Part shown: in pieces, positions 16,206 through 28,215 of the stretch | Position numbering within the stretch: the stretch's first letter is position 1 | Layout: each line of letters opens with the position of its first letter | NCBI GenBank assembly: GCA_031392925.1 | Contig: JANMVV010000158.1 | Location: 8,760 to 72,759 of the forward strand | Direction: 5' to 3' | Origin: Vicinamibacteria bacterium | Lineage (GTDB): Bacteria; Acidobacteriota; Vicinamibacteria; Fen-336; JAGNNV01 | Length of the DNA stretch: 64,000 nucleotides | Program-made: the position numbers and the translations under genes | The notes under the pieces: generated by a model | What the model saw: only the letters and a program-made list of their open reading frames with translations | Database searches by the model: none | Told to the model about the DNA's origin: nothing

Positions 16206-17552
16206 CTAGCCTGGGCAGACCGGCGCGAAGCCTTCATGGGTGGGCGGTGCGCCGAAGCCCAGTTGTCCGAGCTGGTCGAGCGCTGAGGGCGCCGAAAGCA
16301 GAGCCCACGCCACCAGGAGAGTCCCAAGCAAGAGCTTTCGCGATGGGACGTTTCCGGCTCGAGCGTCGAGCTCGAAGAGCGCCGCCGAAAGAATCATGAA
16401 GACCGGGACCACGGGCAGGCGATAGCGGGAGAAGCCGTGGGTCGCAATGTGAAGCAGGAGGTACGCGACCAGGAGGCCGCCCAGGAAGACGGTCTTCCGA
16501 TTCACGGGCGTGCGGGCCAGGGCCAACATCGCGCCGAGCGCGATCAGGATCCACGGCACGATGACGATCGCGGCCACGCCGCGGTACACGCCGCACGAGG
16601 GATCCGCGTAGGCGCGGCGCCGCAGGTGGATCAGCGCGAGTGAATCGAGCTCCAGAAGCCTCGGCCCTTCATCGCGGATCTTCTCGAAGAGCCAGCCCGG
16701 CTGCCGTTTGAGAATCGCCTTGATTCCCGCCATCCTGGCCCACTGGTACTGCTCGACCTTGCCTTCCTTTTCGTAGTACTCGTTGTAGACCTCGCCGCGA
16801 GAGATCAAGGCGTTGCCCTGATAGAGATTCAGTCCCCCGCCCGTCGACACCGGAATGAACGCGCCGAACTGGATCCAGTTTCGCGCGGTCCAGGGAGCGA
16901 CCACCATAGACGTCGCGGCCATCAGGGTCAGGGCCAGAATCGGACGCCTTGACGGCTTCGACCACGCGAGCCACATCGCGGCCAGGGGAATGAGGTAGAG
17001 GATGGTCTCGCGGGTCAGGACCGCGAGGCCGAAGAGCGCTCCGGCGACGGCGGCCGTCCGGATCGAAGACCCGTCATCCGCGGCCATCACCCTTTCGATC
17101 GCCCACCAGAGGATCGAGAGAAAGAGCGTCTCGCACCAGAAGTGCGCCGAGTACCAGATCAGTTCGGGATAGAAGGCGGCGAAGCAGGCCGCGGCCACGG
17201 CGGCACGCGGACCGAACACCCTGAAGGCCACGCGGGACACCGCCGGAATGAGCAGGCTGCCGATCAGGGCCTGCGCGACCTTGATCGCGGCCAGGCTCCC
17301 GAAGACCGCGTTCATCGCGGCCAGGAAGTATGGGTACAGGGGCGGATTGAAGATCGGGAAATTGGAAAACGGCGAGAAGTGAGCGGCGGGAATCCGCTTC
17401 AAGGCCATGAGCCACATGGTCTCGTCCGCGACCGGCGCGGTCGCGGGCTCGAGGCCGATGAAGGCGAGGCGCACGACCACACCCACCGCCCAGATGGCGG
17501 CGAGTACGGCGGCGCGTGGGGCCGGGGAGGGCGTATCGGAGGTCTGATTCAC
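16206..17552 (-). CDS. GT-C fold glycosyltransferase (ArnT/PMT-like, GT39/GT83-type) membrane protein
   Basis: It is a polytopic membrane protein with an N-terminal pattern (VVRLAFIGLEP...ADETMW...) typical of dolichyl/undecaprenyl-phosphate-sugar-dependent mannosyl/arabinosyl transferases. Confidence 0.65.
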   Translation of the reverse strand: MNQTSDTPSPAPRAAVLAAIWAVGVVVRLAFIGLEPATAPVADETMWLMALKRIPAAHFSPFSNFPIFNPPLYPYFLAAMNAVFGSLAAIKVAQALIGSLLIPAVSRVAFRVFGPRAAVAAACFAAFYPELIWYSAHFWCETLFLSILWWAIERVMAADDGSSIRTAAVAGALFGLAVLTRETILYLIPLAAMWLAWSKPSRRPILALTLMAATSMVVAPWTARNWIQFGAFIPVSTGGGLNLYQGNALISRGEVYNEYYEKEGKVEQYQWARMAGIKAILKRQPGWLFEKIRDEGPRLLELDSLALIHLRRRAYADPSCGVYRGVAAIVIVPWILIALGAMLALARTPVNRKTVFLGGLLVAYLLLHIATHGFSRYRLPVVPVFMILSAALFELDARAGNVPSRKLLLGTLLVAWALLSAPSALDQLGQLGFGAPPTHEGFAPVCPG

Positions 17553-17628
17553 AAGTGGAAGGAGCGATTATGCGCGAGCGGCGCGTCCCCTTTGGCGTCC
17601 GATCAGGGCGGAACCTTAAGATCGGCGC

Positions 17629-18765
17629 ATGAGACTTGGACGCGTCTTCTTTCCGGCCCTGCTCCTGGGCGCGGCCCTTGGAGCCTACTTCGGGAGAGAC
17701 CTCAAGCAGGTCGTCTCCCGCTCTTCCGTGGCTGAGGCGCAGACCCGGCCCGAGGCCGGTTCGAAGGAACGCAACCTCGACCCGGACGAGCGGTTGACCA
17801 TCGCCTTGTTCAAGGAATCCCAGGGCGCGGTGGCCTTCATCACCACCACCGAGCAGCAGGTCGACTTCTGGAGCCGCACCGTCTCCGAGCAGGCGACCGG
17901 ATCCGGCTCCGGCTTCGTGTGGGACGACAAGGGCCACATCGTCACCAACTACCACGTGGTGCAGCCGGTGGCCGAGGGTTCGCGCGGGGCCGAGATCACG
18001 GTCACCCTCCACGACAAGAATCTCGCGGGCACGCTTGTGGGCGTCGCCCCCGAGCTCGATCTGGCGGTCATCCAGGTCCAGATGCCCAAGAGCGACCTGA
18101 AGCCCCTGGCCGTAGGTGGGAGCGCAAACCTCGAGGTGGGACAGAAGGTCTTCGCCATCGGAAATCCCTTCGGGCTCGATCACACCCTCACCACCGGCAT
18201 CGTGAGCGCGCTCGGTCGCACGATCACGAGCGTGCTCAACACGCCGATCGAGGACGTGATCCAGACCGACGCCGCGATCAATCCCGGGAATTCCGGCGGG
18301 CCGCTGCTCGACAGTTCGGGCCGGCTGATCGGGGTGAACACCGCGATCTATTCCCCGTCGGGCGCCAATGCCGGCATCGGCTTCGCCGTCCCGGTGGACA
18401 CGGTGAGCCGAGTGGTTCCCCAGTTGATCCAGTACGGGAAGATGCGGCGTCCGGTGATCGGCGTCAACTTGAACAGCCGTCTCGACGGCCTCGTCGAGAG
18501 GCGGTTCGGCGTTCGCGGCGCTGTGATTCTGAGCGTGGAACCGGGCTCGGCGGCCGCGCGCGCCGGCCTCCAGGGCGCCGACATCGAAAAAAGCAGTATC
18601 AGAGTGGGCGACGTGATCACCGAGATCGACGGCAAGCCGGTCGCCAGTCAGGCCGACCTCTCCGGCCGGCTCTCCTACATCGACCCGGGCGCCACCGTGA
18701 ACGTCAAGGTCTGGCGCGACGGCAAGGTCCGCACGGTCAAGCTGACGCTCGGCGGGAGCCGCTAA
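17629..18765 (+). CDS. htrA: HtrA/DegP-family periplasmic serine protease with PDZ domain
   Basis: It has trypsin-fold motifs (TNYHVV, the GNSGGPL Ser site) and a C-terminal PDZ, with a signal peptide. Confidence 0.85.
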   Translation: MRLGRVFFPALLLGAALGAYFGRDLKQVVSRSSVAEAQTRPEAGSKERNLDPDERLTIALFKESQGAVAFITTTEQQVDFWSRTVSEQATGSGSGFVWDDKGHIVTNYHVVQPVAEGSRGAEITVTLHDKNLAGTLVGVAPELDLAVIQVQMPKSDLKPLAVGGSANLEVGQKVFAIGNPFGLDHTLTTGIVSALGRTITSVLNTPIEDVIQTDAAINPGNSGGPLLDSSGRLIGVNTAIYSPSGANAGIGFAVPVDTVSRVVPQLIQYGKMRRPVIGVNLNSRLDGLVERRFGVRGAVILSVEPGSAAARAGLQGADIEKSSIRVGDVITEIDGKPVASQADLSGRLSYIDPGATVNVKVWRDGKVRTVKLTLGGSR

Positions 18766-18781
18766 CCAAAGCCCTCGGGCG

Positions 18782-20740
18782 CTAAGGCCGGGGGTAGGGA
18801 CGCGGGCTGACGTGAAGAGCCAGGCGAATCAGCGCGTGCTCGGTCTGGCTCGAGTCGGGGCTCTGGGTCACGGTCACGCCTCGAGACTCCACGCGCACGC
18901 TGTAGACGAACGAGTCGTAGTACATGACGTGCGGCCCTGGGACGACCCGGAGTCTGACCAATCCCAGGCCGGCCACCAGCGCGCGCTCCGCAGCGGCCCC
19001 GGCCTCGATCTCGATGTCGTCGCCCGTGCGCATCCCGACGAGGGTGACGTCGATATAGTCCACCGGCTCGTTCGCGCGGAGCAGGACTTCGGTCTTCCCG
19101 CCCCGCTTCACCCGGAAGCCCTCCGCCGGCTCGCCGTCCTTCAGAAACATGCCCGGGATGGTCTCGCGCCCGAACGTGCCGTCGTCCGGGAAATAGAGCC
19201 AATAGCCGGCGCGCGAGCCCGGGCGATGGAGCGGCGGATCGCCTTCCACATCGTCGTAGGGCTGCTTCTTGCGCCACGGGTCGGTGCAGAACGAGAGGTC
19301 GTTCAGCATGGCGCGCTCGGCCCGGAGGTAGGTGAGCGGGCCGCCGGGAGTGCTCGCGAGGCGCGAGGGCCGCAGTGAATGCTCGACGGGCTGAAGCCAG
19401 GCCGGGACAAGGAACAAGGCACTCACGGCGACGCCGAGGACGGTCACCAGGAACTCGCGCCCTTTGGGAACGAAGAACATGGCGAGGGGGAGGACGGCGG
19501 TGAAGTAGCGGTTGCCCACCGTTCCCCCGCCGCCGTACCAGTTCGAAGGACCAGGAATAATGCGAATGCTCACGAAATAGAAGAGGAGAAGGCCGGCAAT
19601 CGCGAACCATCCCTCCTTCTCCCGAGGACCGAGCAGAAGGAAGAAAGCCAGGGCGAGAAACGCGGGTGCGAAGTAGGGCAGCATCCCCCCATAACGGCCC
19701 ACCCAGAAGTCGACGAGATTGGCCAGGAACATCTCCTGCAGTTCTACCGGCGACTGCGCGATTCCCGCCCCGCGCGTTTGCGCCTCGCCTTCTCGGAGCG
19801 GCCCGAGCTTCATGGTGGTCATCCACTCGCCGCTGTTTCCGAAGGTCACGTCCTTCAGTTCCGCGCGCTCGAAGGGGAACTCCGACCCGAACGTCTTTCG
19901 TTCGCCCCCCTGGTAGTTCCACTCCCCCGTGACCAGGGTATTCACGCCGAAGAGGAGCGCCGCGCAGCCGATCATCACCGCGCCGCGACGCGCCGTCTCC
20001 CTCACTTGCCTCACCGCGGGCAGGCCCGCCTCGAAGAGGGGCGCCAGGCCAAGCGGCGCCGCCATCAGCAGGTGCGTGGGCTTGGTGTATCCGGCGATGC
20101 CGAAGAGAACCGCGGACAGCATCGGGCGATTCCCTCGCCAGGCGGAGAGGGCGAGGGCGACGAGGGCAAGGTTCATCAGCTCCGGCTGGATCCAGAAGAT
20201 GTAGATGGGGACGATGGTGGCGAGGACCAGGGTGGCCGAGGCGAACATCGCGACCATGTCGGAGGCGCGCCGCCGTAGTTCCATGAAGACACAGAGCCAG
20301 GCCACCATGAGGCACACAGCATTGAAGATCAGAAAGCCGCGGCTCCCGAAGAGGGCGACGAAGGGCGACGCCGCGACCGGGTAGGTCATGGCCTTGCCGA
20401 AGTAGAGCCGCTTATCGTCCTTCGACCCTCGCTTGAGCCACGGAGCCGACGGGTGGAGCTTGAAACCACCCGATGCCCGTTTCAAGAAGATGCCGCTCGG
20501 GCCTTCCGGATACTCACGTTTGATCCGGGCCAGGTCCGTCGCGGTGTACTCGAGGTCGAAGTCCCCGACCAGGCTCCAGGCCATGGAGTAGTAAGTAGCG
20601 CCGTCCGAGAAGAAGCGCCCTTCAGAGAGCTTCGCGGGATCGCTCTTGAAGCAAAGGCCGAGCAGTACGAGCGCGGCCAGGGACATAAGAGCCCTGGGAA
20701 GCCAGCGCACGAACGCGTTCATGCGGCGCCTCGGGTGCAC
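18782..20740 (-). CDS. Large polytopic membrane protein (GT-C-like glycosyltransferase/DUF-type)
   Basis: It is 652 aa with ~12 TM helices and a large soluble C-terminal domain. It is adjacent to, and probably co-transcribed with, the MATE gene (7-bp gap). Confidence 0.55.
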   Translation of the reverse strand: MHPRRRMNAFVRWLPRALMSLAALVLLGLCFKSDPAKLSEGRFFSDGATYYSMAWSLVGDFDLEYTATDLARIKREYPEGPSGIFLKRASGGFKLHPSAPWLKRGSKDDKRLYFGKAMTYPVAASPFVALFGSRGFLIFNAVCLMVAWLCVFMELRRRASDMVAMFASATLVLATIVPIYIFWIQPELMNLALVALALSAWRGNRPMLSAVLFGIAGYTKPTHLLMAAPLGLAPLFEAGLPAVRQVRETARRGAVMIGCAALLFGVNTLVTGEWNYQGGERKTFGSEFPFERAELKDVTFGNSGEWMTTMKLGPLREGEAQTRGAGIAQSPVELQEMFLANLVDFWVGRYGGMLPYFAPAFLALAFFLLLGPREKEGWFAIAGLLLFYFVSIRIIPGPSNWYGGGGTVGNRYFTAVLPLAMFFVPKGREFLVTVLGVAVSALFLVPAWLQPVEHSLRPSRLASTPGGPLTYLRAERAMLNDLSFCTDPWRKKQPYDDVEGDPPLHRPGSRAGYWLYFPDDGTFGRETIPGMFLKDGEPAEGFRVKRGGKTEVLLRANEPVDYIDVTLVGMRTGDDIEIEAGAAAERALVAGLGLVRLRVVPGPHVMYYDSFVYSVRVESRGVTVTQSPDSSQTEHALIRLALHVSPRPYPRP

Positions 20741-20747
20741 CCGACCG

Positions 20748-22154
20748 TCACTCGACGGAATCGAGCGGAGGCAGCAGATCTGATTCGATGACCCGGAGAC
20801 TTTGCCACGCGCCCTTACGATAGCGGACGAACATAACCACGCCGAGGACGACCACGTACAGGGTCGCGAAGACCCAGGCGACGTAGACGCCCTGGCCTCC
20901 GTGGACGCAGAACCACCAGGTCGGAACCAGCATCACCACCCACGAAATCACCACGGTCGCGGTCATGGGAAAGCGCGTGTCTCCCGCTCCCTTAAGGCCT
21001 CCCGCGCACACGACGTTCACCATGTCGAAGATCGAGTAGAAGGCCACGAAACGGAGGAGGACGGTGGCGATGCGGCTGATCTCGACGAAGGTCGCGGGAT
21101 CGGCCCCCGCGGCGTAGGGCGCAAGCAGCAATCCGGGCACGAGCACATACGCGGCGCTGCACACGATCATGTACACCTGGGAAATCACGAGCCCCGACTT
21201 GATGGCGCGATCGGCGAGCGCGGGCCGATGCATCCCGAGGTAGCGCGCCACCAGGGTCGAGACGCCGTAGCCGAGGCCCACCGCGGGCAGGAAGACGATG
21301 GTGTTCAGGTTGAAGGCGATGGAGGTGGCGGCGAGCGGGGCCACCCCGATATTCCCGATGACGAACATGAACAGGGTGAAAGCAAGGATCTCGAGCGACG
21401 GCTGCAGGCCCGAGGGTACGCCAAGCTTGAGCAGACGCATGAAGATCCGCGGCTGGAATCGGAAGTCCAGGAAGCCATGGGCCACTCGCTCCGGCGCGTT
21501 CATGATCAGGGCGAGATACACGAGCGCGCTCATGGCCTGGCTCAGGATCGTGGAATAAGCGGCCCCGACCGTGCCCAGGGCGGGGAACCCCAGCTTGCCG
21601 AAGATGAGGACCCAGTCGAGGAGCATGTTCAGGATCGTCGCGAAAATGGTGACGCCGAGGACGACCTTGGTTCGCCCGCGCCCGGCGAAGTAGGTGGAGA
21701 AGGCGACCATCACCACGACCGGGAAAGTGCCGCGCAGCATGATGCGCGCATAGGCGATCTCATGCACCCGCATCGACTGCGCGTGGCCCACGGCATCGAA
21801 CAGAGGGGTTACGAAGTACGAAAGGAGCCAGCCGCACACTCCGGCGAAGGCGGCGAAGTAGGCGGCCTGGTACACCACCGCCCCGATGCGATCCTCGCGC
21901 TTCGCCCCAACGTACTGCGAAACGAAGGGCGTCGCGTATTCCGCGGTGCCATTGAAGAGCCCGGTAAGCACGTAGATGGCGAAGCCGCCGGTGGTGACGC
22001 CGGCCACCGCCTCCGCCGACCACCAGGTGAGGAAGATGCGGTTCACGAAGTGCTGGATGGTCACCGACATCATCGACAGGATGAGCGGCAAACCGAGGGC
22101 GAGGACCTCCCGCCCGCCCGCATCCCCCTCCCACAACCGGCCCAGTCGCTTCAT
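20748..22154 (-). CDS. MATE family efflux/polysaccharide-type transporter
   Basis: It has 12 TM helices and the MATE N-terminal pattern (EVLALGLPLILSMMSVTIQHFVNRIFL). Confidence 0.8.
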   Translation of the reverse strand: MKRLGRLWEGDAGGREVLALGLPLILSMMSVTIQHFVNRIFLTWWSAEAVAGVTTGGFAIYVLTGLFNGTAEYATPFVSQYVGAKREDRIGAVVYQAAYFAAFAGVCGWLLSYFVTPLFDAVGHAQSMRVHEIAYARIMLRGTFPVVVMVAFSTYFAGRGRTKVVLGVTIFATILNMLLDWVLIFGKLGFPALGTVGAAYSTILSQAMSALVYLALIMNAPERVAHGFLDFRFQPRIFMRLLKLGVPSGLQPSLEILAFTLFMFVIGNIGVAPLAATSIAFNLNTIVFLPAVGLGYGVSTLVARYLGMHRPALADRAIKSGLVISQVYMIVCSAAYVLVPGLLLAPYAAGADPATFVEISRIATVLLRFVAFYSIFDMVNVVCAGGLKGAGDTRFPMTATVVISWVVMLVPTWWFCVHGGQGVYVAWVFATLYVVVLGVVMFVRYRKGAWQSLRVIESDLLPPLDSVE

Positions 22155-22225
22155 GAGCCGCCCATCTTGCCAGATGCCGCGATCCGGCTAGAGTTCGTAT
22201 CGCCCTCTTTCCTCCCGCGACCCTC

Positions 22226-22948
22226 ATGCACATCCGCGAAGCCACGTCCCACCAGGACCTCGATGAAGTGACGAGGATTCAAGCCGAGGTGTGGAACGTC
22301 GCGGACATCGACATCGCGGGCCGGATCCAGCTCCGGGCCAGCCAGCACGCGGGCGGCTCTGTCCTGATTGCGGAGGAGGACGACGGCGCGATCGCCGGCT
22401 TCGCGTATGCATTCCCCGCCTTCGAGCATGGCGAGGCCTTCTGGCACTCCGACATGCTCGCAGTGCGACCGCGGTTTCGGGGGGGCGGGGTCGGCCAGGC
22501 CCTCAAGTGGGCGCAACGCGAGGAGGCCCTGCGAAAGGGAATTGCGCGGATCACCTGGACCTTCGACCCCATGCAGGCTGGAAACGCTCACCTCAATCTC
22601 GAGCTGCTCGGCGCCACCGCGCGTGAGTACCTGAGCAACTTTTACGGTGTTACCTCATCGGATCTTCACCATGGACTCCCCACCGACCGGTTGCTTGCGT
22701 CGTGGGATCTGGCATCACCGCGCGTGCGGGCGCTCGCCCGCGGCGAGAGACCGGTCCCCGCCAGAGCCGACGCCACCGTGGCGGTCCCGCCGGTCTGGAA
22801 CGAACTGGTGAAACGCGACCCTCAGCGAGCCCGCGATGAACAGCGCCGCGTCGAAGGTGAACTGGGGGCCGCGCTCTCCCGGAGCCTCGTCATCACCGGC
22901 TTCGACAAGGCGAGCACGTCGTACGTTCTCAGCCAGGAACGCCCATAG
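22226..22948 (+). CDS. GNAT-family N-acetyltransferase-like protein
   Basis: It has an acetyl-CoA binding-like motif (RPRFRGGGVGQALKWA). Confidence 0.55.
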   Translation: MHIREATSHQDLDEVTRIQAEVWNVADIDIAGRIQLRASQHAGGSVLIAEEDDGAIAGFAYAFPAFEHGEAFWHSDMLAVRPRFRGGGVGQALKWAQREEALRKGIARITWTFDPMQAGNAHLNLELLGATAREYLSNFYGVTSSDLHHGLPTDRLLASWDLASPRVRALARGERPVPARADATVAVPPVWNELVKRDPQRARDEQRRVEGELGAALSRSLVITGFDKASTSYVLSQERP

Positions 22949-22989
22949 ACTCACTCCGCACATCCACCTCTTCTTCACTCGGAGACTTC

Positions 22990-24441
22990 ATGCGATCGAT
23001 CCTGCCCTTCACCTTCCTTGCCACCTTCACGCTCGCCATTCCGGCCGGCGCTCAGGATGCGAAACCGGCAGCGCCGCTCTCCCCGCTCAAGACGGTCTGG
23101 GAGGGCAAAAAAAGCGGATGGGAACTCGCTACCGCCGACCAGCGCAAGGAGATCTTCGCGTTCAATGACGGCTTCAAGACATTCCTGAAGGTCGCGCGCA
23201 GCGCCTACTTCTCCACGAAAGAGATGACGCGGCAGGCGAAGGCCGCGGGCTTTGTGGAGTTCACCTCGCCCGCGCAGGTCAAGCCCGGGGCGAAGCTCTT
23301 CGTCAACAGCCGCGACCGCGGTCTCATGATCGTGGTGGTCGGCTCCGAACCCATGGCCTCGGGCCTCCGCGTGGTGGCGACCCACCACGACTCCTCGCAC
23401 CTCGACTTGAAGGCGCGACCCATCTACGTGGCCGGCGCCGTCGCCATGTTCAACACCGTCGAATATGGCGGCATCAAGCACTATCAGTACGCGAATGAGC
23501 CCATGGCCCTGATCGGCCGCATCGACACCACGGACGGGAAGACCGTCGACGTCTCCATCGGCATCGACGACTCCGACCCGGTCTTCGTGATCCCCGACAA
23601 CGCCCCCCACTCCGACTTGCCTCTGCGCACGCGCACGTACCAGAACGTCCTCGAGTCGGAGGAACTCGACCCCGTCGCGGCCAGCATCCCGACCGACGGG
23701 TCGCTGGTGGCCACGGTCATGAAGGAGATGACCGCGCGCTACGGGATCAAGGAAGAAGACTTCGTCTCGGGCGAACTGCACCTCGTTCCCGCGCGCACGC
23801 CGGCCGATGTGGGTATCGATCGCGGGCTCACCGGCGGCTACGGCCAGGACGACCGTCTCTCGTCCTACTGCGCCGCGCGCGCGGCCATGGACGTCAAGGG
23901 CACGCCGAAGAGGACGGTGGTCGCATACCTCACCAATCACGAGGAAGCGGGCTCGGTGAACAACACGGGCGCGCGGTCGGAGTTCTTCAACGGCGCGGTG
24001 GGTCGGTTGATCGCGGCGCAAAAGGGCAAGGACTACACCGACCTGGACCTGCGGGCGACCCTTCGCGCCTCCGACGTCATTTCCGCCGACACCAACGACG
24101 GCATCAACCCGCTCTTCGGCTCCACCAGCGAGCCCACCAACGCGGCGAAGATGGGCTACGGCCCGGCGATCAAGCGATATGGCCGCGGCTTCGACGGCAA
24201 CTCCGAATTCATCGCGCGCGTCCGAGGCATCCTCGATCGCGCGTCCATCCCCTGGCAGACCCAGACTCCCAAGGTTGGCGTGGGCGGCGGGGGCACCATC
24301 GGCCAGTTCTTCTCGGACTGGGACATGGAGGTGATCGACATGGGCGTGCCGCTTCTCTCCATGCACTCGACGTTCGAGATTTCCTCGAAGGTCGACACCT
24401 GGAACTTCTACCGCTTCATGTCGGCGTTCTTCGCCCAGTAG
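22990..24441 (+). CDS. M18-family aminopeptidase (aspartyl aminopeptidase-like), secreted
   Basis: It has a signal peptide and M18/M42 motifs (HHDSSHLDLK, GQDDR, NHEEAGS, LSMHSTFE). Confidence 0.7.
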   Translation: MRSILPFTFLATFTLAIPAGAQDAKPAAPLSPLKTVWEGKKSGWELATADQRKEIFAFNDGFKTFLKVARSAYFSTKEMTRQAKAAGFVEFTSPAQVKPGAKLFVNSRDRGLMIVVVGSEPMASGLRVVATHHDSSHLDLKARPIYVAGAVAMFNTVEYGGIKHYQYANEPMALIGRIDTTDGKTVDVSIGIDDSDPVFVIPDNAPHSDLPLRTRTYQNVLESEELDPVAASIPTDGSLVATVMKEMTARYGIKEEDFVSGELHLVPARTPADVGIDRGLTGGYGQDDRLSSYCAARAAMDVKGTPKRTVVAYLTNHEEAGSVNNTGARSEFFNGAVGRLIAAQKGKDYTDLDLRATLRASDVISADTNDGINPLFGSTSEPTNAAKMGYGPAIKRYGRGFDGNSEFIARVRGILDRASIPWQTQTPKVGVGGGGTIGQFFSDWDMEVIDMGVPLLSMHSTFEISSKVDTWNFYRFMSAFFAQ

Positions 24442-24484
24442 CGATTCCGCCGGCCCACCCCCTCACCCGATTTCCCAAGGAGAC

Positions 24485-25780
24485 TTGACCATGAGCCATC
24501 GTTCCCACAATCGCCGCGACTTCTTCAGGAACTCCGGAACCGCGGCCCTGGGCGCGGCCCTCGCCGGCGGCGCGTCCTCCGTTCGCGCGGAGGCCGCCGA
24601 TCCGGCCCTGCCGGCGCCCATCGCGGAACTCAAGGCTATGACCGCGGGAGTCGCTCCCATCTCCCTGGACGAGCGCAAGGTCCGGATCGCCCAGGCCCAG
24701 GCGCTTCTCGCCGAGAACGGGATGCAGGCGCTCATCATGGCCTCGGGCACCTCGCTCGACTACTTCACCGGCGCACACTGGGGAATCTCCGAGCGCTTCT
24801 TCGGCTGCATCATCACGAAGGACGGCGACCCCGCGTGGGTGACGCCCGCGTTCGAGAAAGCGCGCGCCCTCGAGCAGGTGAAGATCGGGAAGGACGTCCG
24901 CGCCTGGGAGGAGCACGAATCGCCGTCGGCCCTGGTCGCTTCGATCCTGAAGGATCGCGGGGTCACCACCGGGAAGATCGGCATCGAGGAGATGATGCCG
25001 TTCACCTTCGCCGACGCCATCGCGAAGGCGGCGCCCGCCGCGCAGATCGTGAATGGGACGCCGATCAGCGCGGGCTGTCGCGTGATCAAGGACGCGCATG
25101 AACGCGCCCTCATGCGGCGCGCCAACGAGATCACGGTGGCCGCGCATCGGGCGGTGTTTGCATCGCTCAAGGAAGGCATGACCCAGGGTCAGGTCGGCGA
25201 TCTCTCCGAGGCCGCGTTCCAGAAGCTTGGCATGGCCGGCGGCTCGCTGGTTCTGTTCGGCAAGGATGCCGCCTTCCCCCACGGCACCACCAACCCCCAG
25301 CCCCTCAAGGCCGGCGACGCGGTCCTTCTCGACGGCGGCGGCCGTCTCCACGGGTACGCGTCGGACATCACTCGCACCGGCATCTTCGGCGCGAAGCCGA
25401 CGGACCGTCAGCGCCTGATCTGGGACACCGTGCGCAAGGCGCAGGATGCGGCCTTCCGCGCGGCCAAGCCGGGCGTCGAGTGCCGGGCGGTGGACGCGGC
25501 CGCGCGCAAGGTCGTTACCGACGCGGGCTTTGGCAAGGACTACGAGATGTTCGGCCACCGCGTCGGCCACGGCATCGGCATGGACGGCCACGAGTGGACG
25601 TACTTCGTCCGCGGCAACACCACCAAGCTGCGCCCCGGCATGTGCTTCTCCGACGAGCCCGGCATCTACATCTATGGCGAGATCGGCATCCGCCACGAGG
25701 ACTGCATCTTCATCACCGAGACCGGCGCCGAGAACTTCACCAAGTGGACGGGAACGCCGGAGGACCCGTCGATCGTCTAG
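24485..25780 (+). CDS. M24-family Xaa-Pro aminopeptidase/prolidase with Tat signal
   Basis: It has a twin-arginine signal (NRRDFFRNSGTAALGAALAGGASSVRA) and the M24 metal-site pattern (HRVGHGIGMDGHE). Confidence 0.8.
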   Translation: MTMSHRSHNRRDFFRNSGTAALGAALAGGASSVRAEAADPALPAPIAELKAMTAGVAPISLDERKVRIAQAQALLAENGMQALIMASGTSLDYFTGAHWGISERFFGCIITKDGDPAWVTPAFEKARALEQVKIGKDVRAWEEHESPSALVASILKDRGVTTGKIGIEEMMPFTFADAIAKAAPAAQIVNGTPISAGCRVIKDAHERALMRRANEITVAAHRAVFASLKEGMTQGQVGDLSEAAFQKLGMAGGSLVLFGKDAAFPHGTTNPQPLKAGDAVLLDGGGRLHGYASDITRTGIFGAKPTDRQRLIWDTVRKAQDAAFRAAKPGVECRAVDAAARKVVTDAGFGKDYEMFGHRVGHGIGMDGHEWTYFVRGNTTKLRPGMCFSDEPGIYIYGEIGIRHEDCIFITETGAENFTKWTGTPEDPSIV

Positions 25781-25846
25781 CGTCCCGCCGCCACGCGCTC
25801 GCGATCGCAATCGCGCACGCTGAGGAAAGTATCGTCTCGCGAGCGG

Positions 25847-27421
<1,575 letters not shown>

Positions 27422-27425
27422 AGGA

Positions 27426-28211
27426 TCAATTTTCCTCGTTCTTCAGTCCAAAAGGTCGGGGCTTGATGATCTGGGGAGGTTTCTGCCGGCTCATGTCGCC
27501 CCCGGCGCTGCGCCAGATCGCGATCCAGGTCGCGGCCACCGCGCTCACCGAGCGCGAATAGGCGATCGACGACACCGCGAACACCGGGCTGCGGAAGTCG
27601 ATCTCGGTGGCCGGGACCACCCGACCGTCCTCCTGCCCCTCTTCGCGGAGACGTGCGGCCTGGGCCGGGGTCTTCGCAATCACGCGGTCGAGAAAGCCGG
27701 GAAGCTCATCGAGAGCCAGGCGCATCGAGTCCGGCTCGACAAGCACCACCGGGATCTTGTCGAGGTTGGCGGTGGTGAAGAGATAGAACTCGCGCCGGAT
27801 GGCCTTCGCCTTCGCGTCGCTCCCGATGCCAAGGCCAACGCTCGGGTCGGCAAGGTCGACGGCCAGGCGGTAGGTGGCGCCGAGGGCGATCACCGCTCCG
27901 CGAAAGTCGTGACCGCCAAGCGCCTTCACGCGTTCCGTGAACTCCAGGGCCAGCGCCTGCTTCGTGGGCGCATCCAGCCTGCCCTTGGGAAGATCGGAAT
28001 AGACGAGGGACAGGGCCGGCATACTGGAAGTCCGGGCGTCCGCGAAGATCTCCGCTTCGTTCGCGAGAAAGATTTCGGCCAGCGACTTCGGAACGATCTT
28101 GAGCGCGTCCCTGGCGATCCGCTGGGACAGGTCGGCCGGCCACGCCTCGGCCCGGGGCGAGCCGAGAAGAAGCGCGGAGAGCGCCAGAACAAACAAGCGG
28201 CTTCGGATCAA
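27426..28211 (-). CDS. Hypothetical secreted protein
   Basis: It has a signal peptide (MIRSRLFVLALSALLLGSPRAEA). It is 4 nt from both neighbours. Confidence 0.5.
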   Translation of the reverse strand: MIRSRLFVLALSALLLGSPRAEAWPADLSQRIARDALKIVPKSLAEIFLANEAEIFADARTSSMPALSLVYSDLPKGRLDAPTKQALALEFTERVKALGGHDFRGAVIALGATYRLAVDLADPSVGLGIGSDAKAKAIRREFYLFTTANLDKIPVVLVEPDSMRLALDELPGFLDRVIAKTPAQAARLREEGQEDGRVVPATEIDFRSPVFAVSSIAYSRSVSAVAATWIAIWRSAGGDMSRQKPPQIIKPRPFGLKNEEN

Positions 28212-28215
28212 GCGA

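Noticed and set aside
18762-20315. 517-aa alternative-frame ORF within the large membrane-protein gene
   Set aside because: It is in the same region but a different frame. Its translation is Arg-rich and non-hydrophobic, whereas the chosen frame gives a coherent multi-TM protein.
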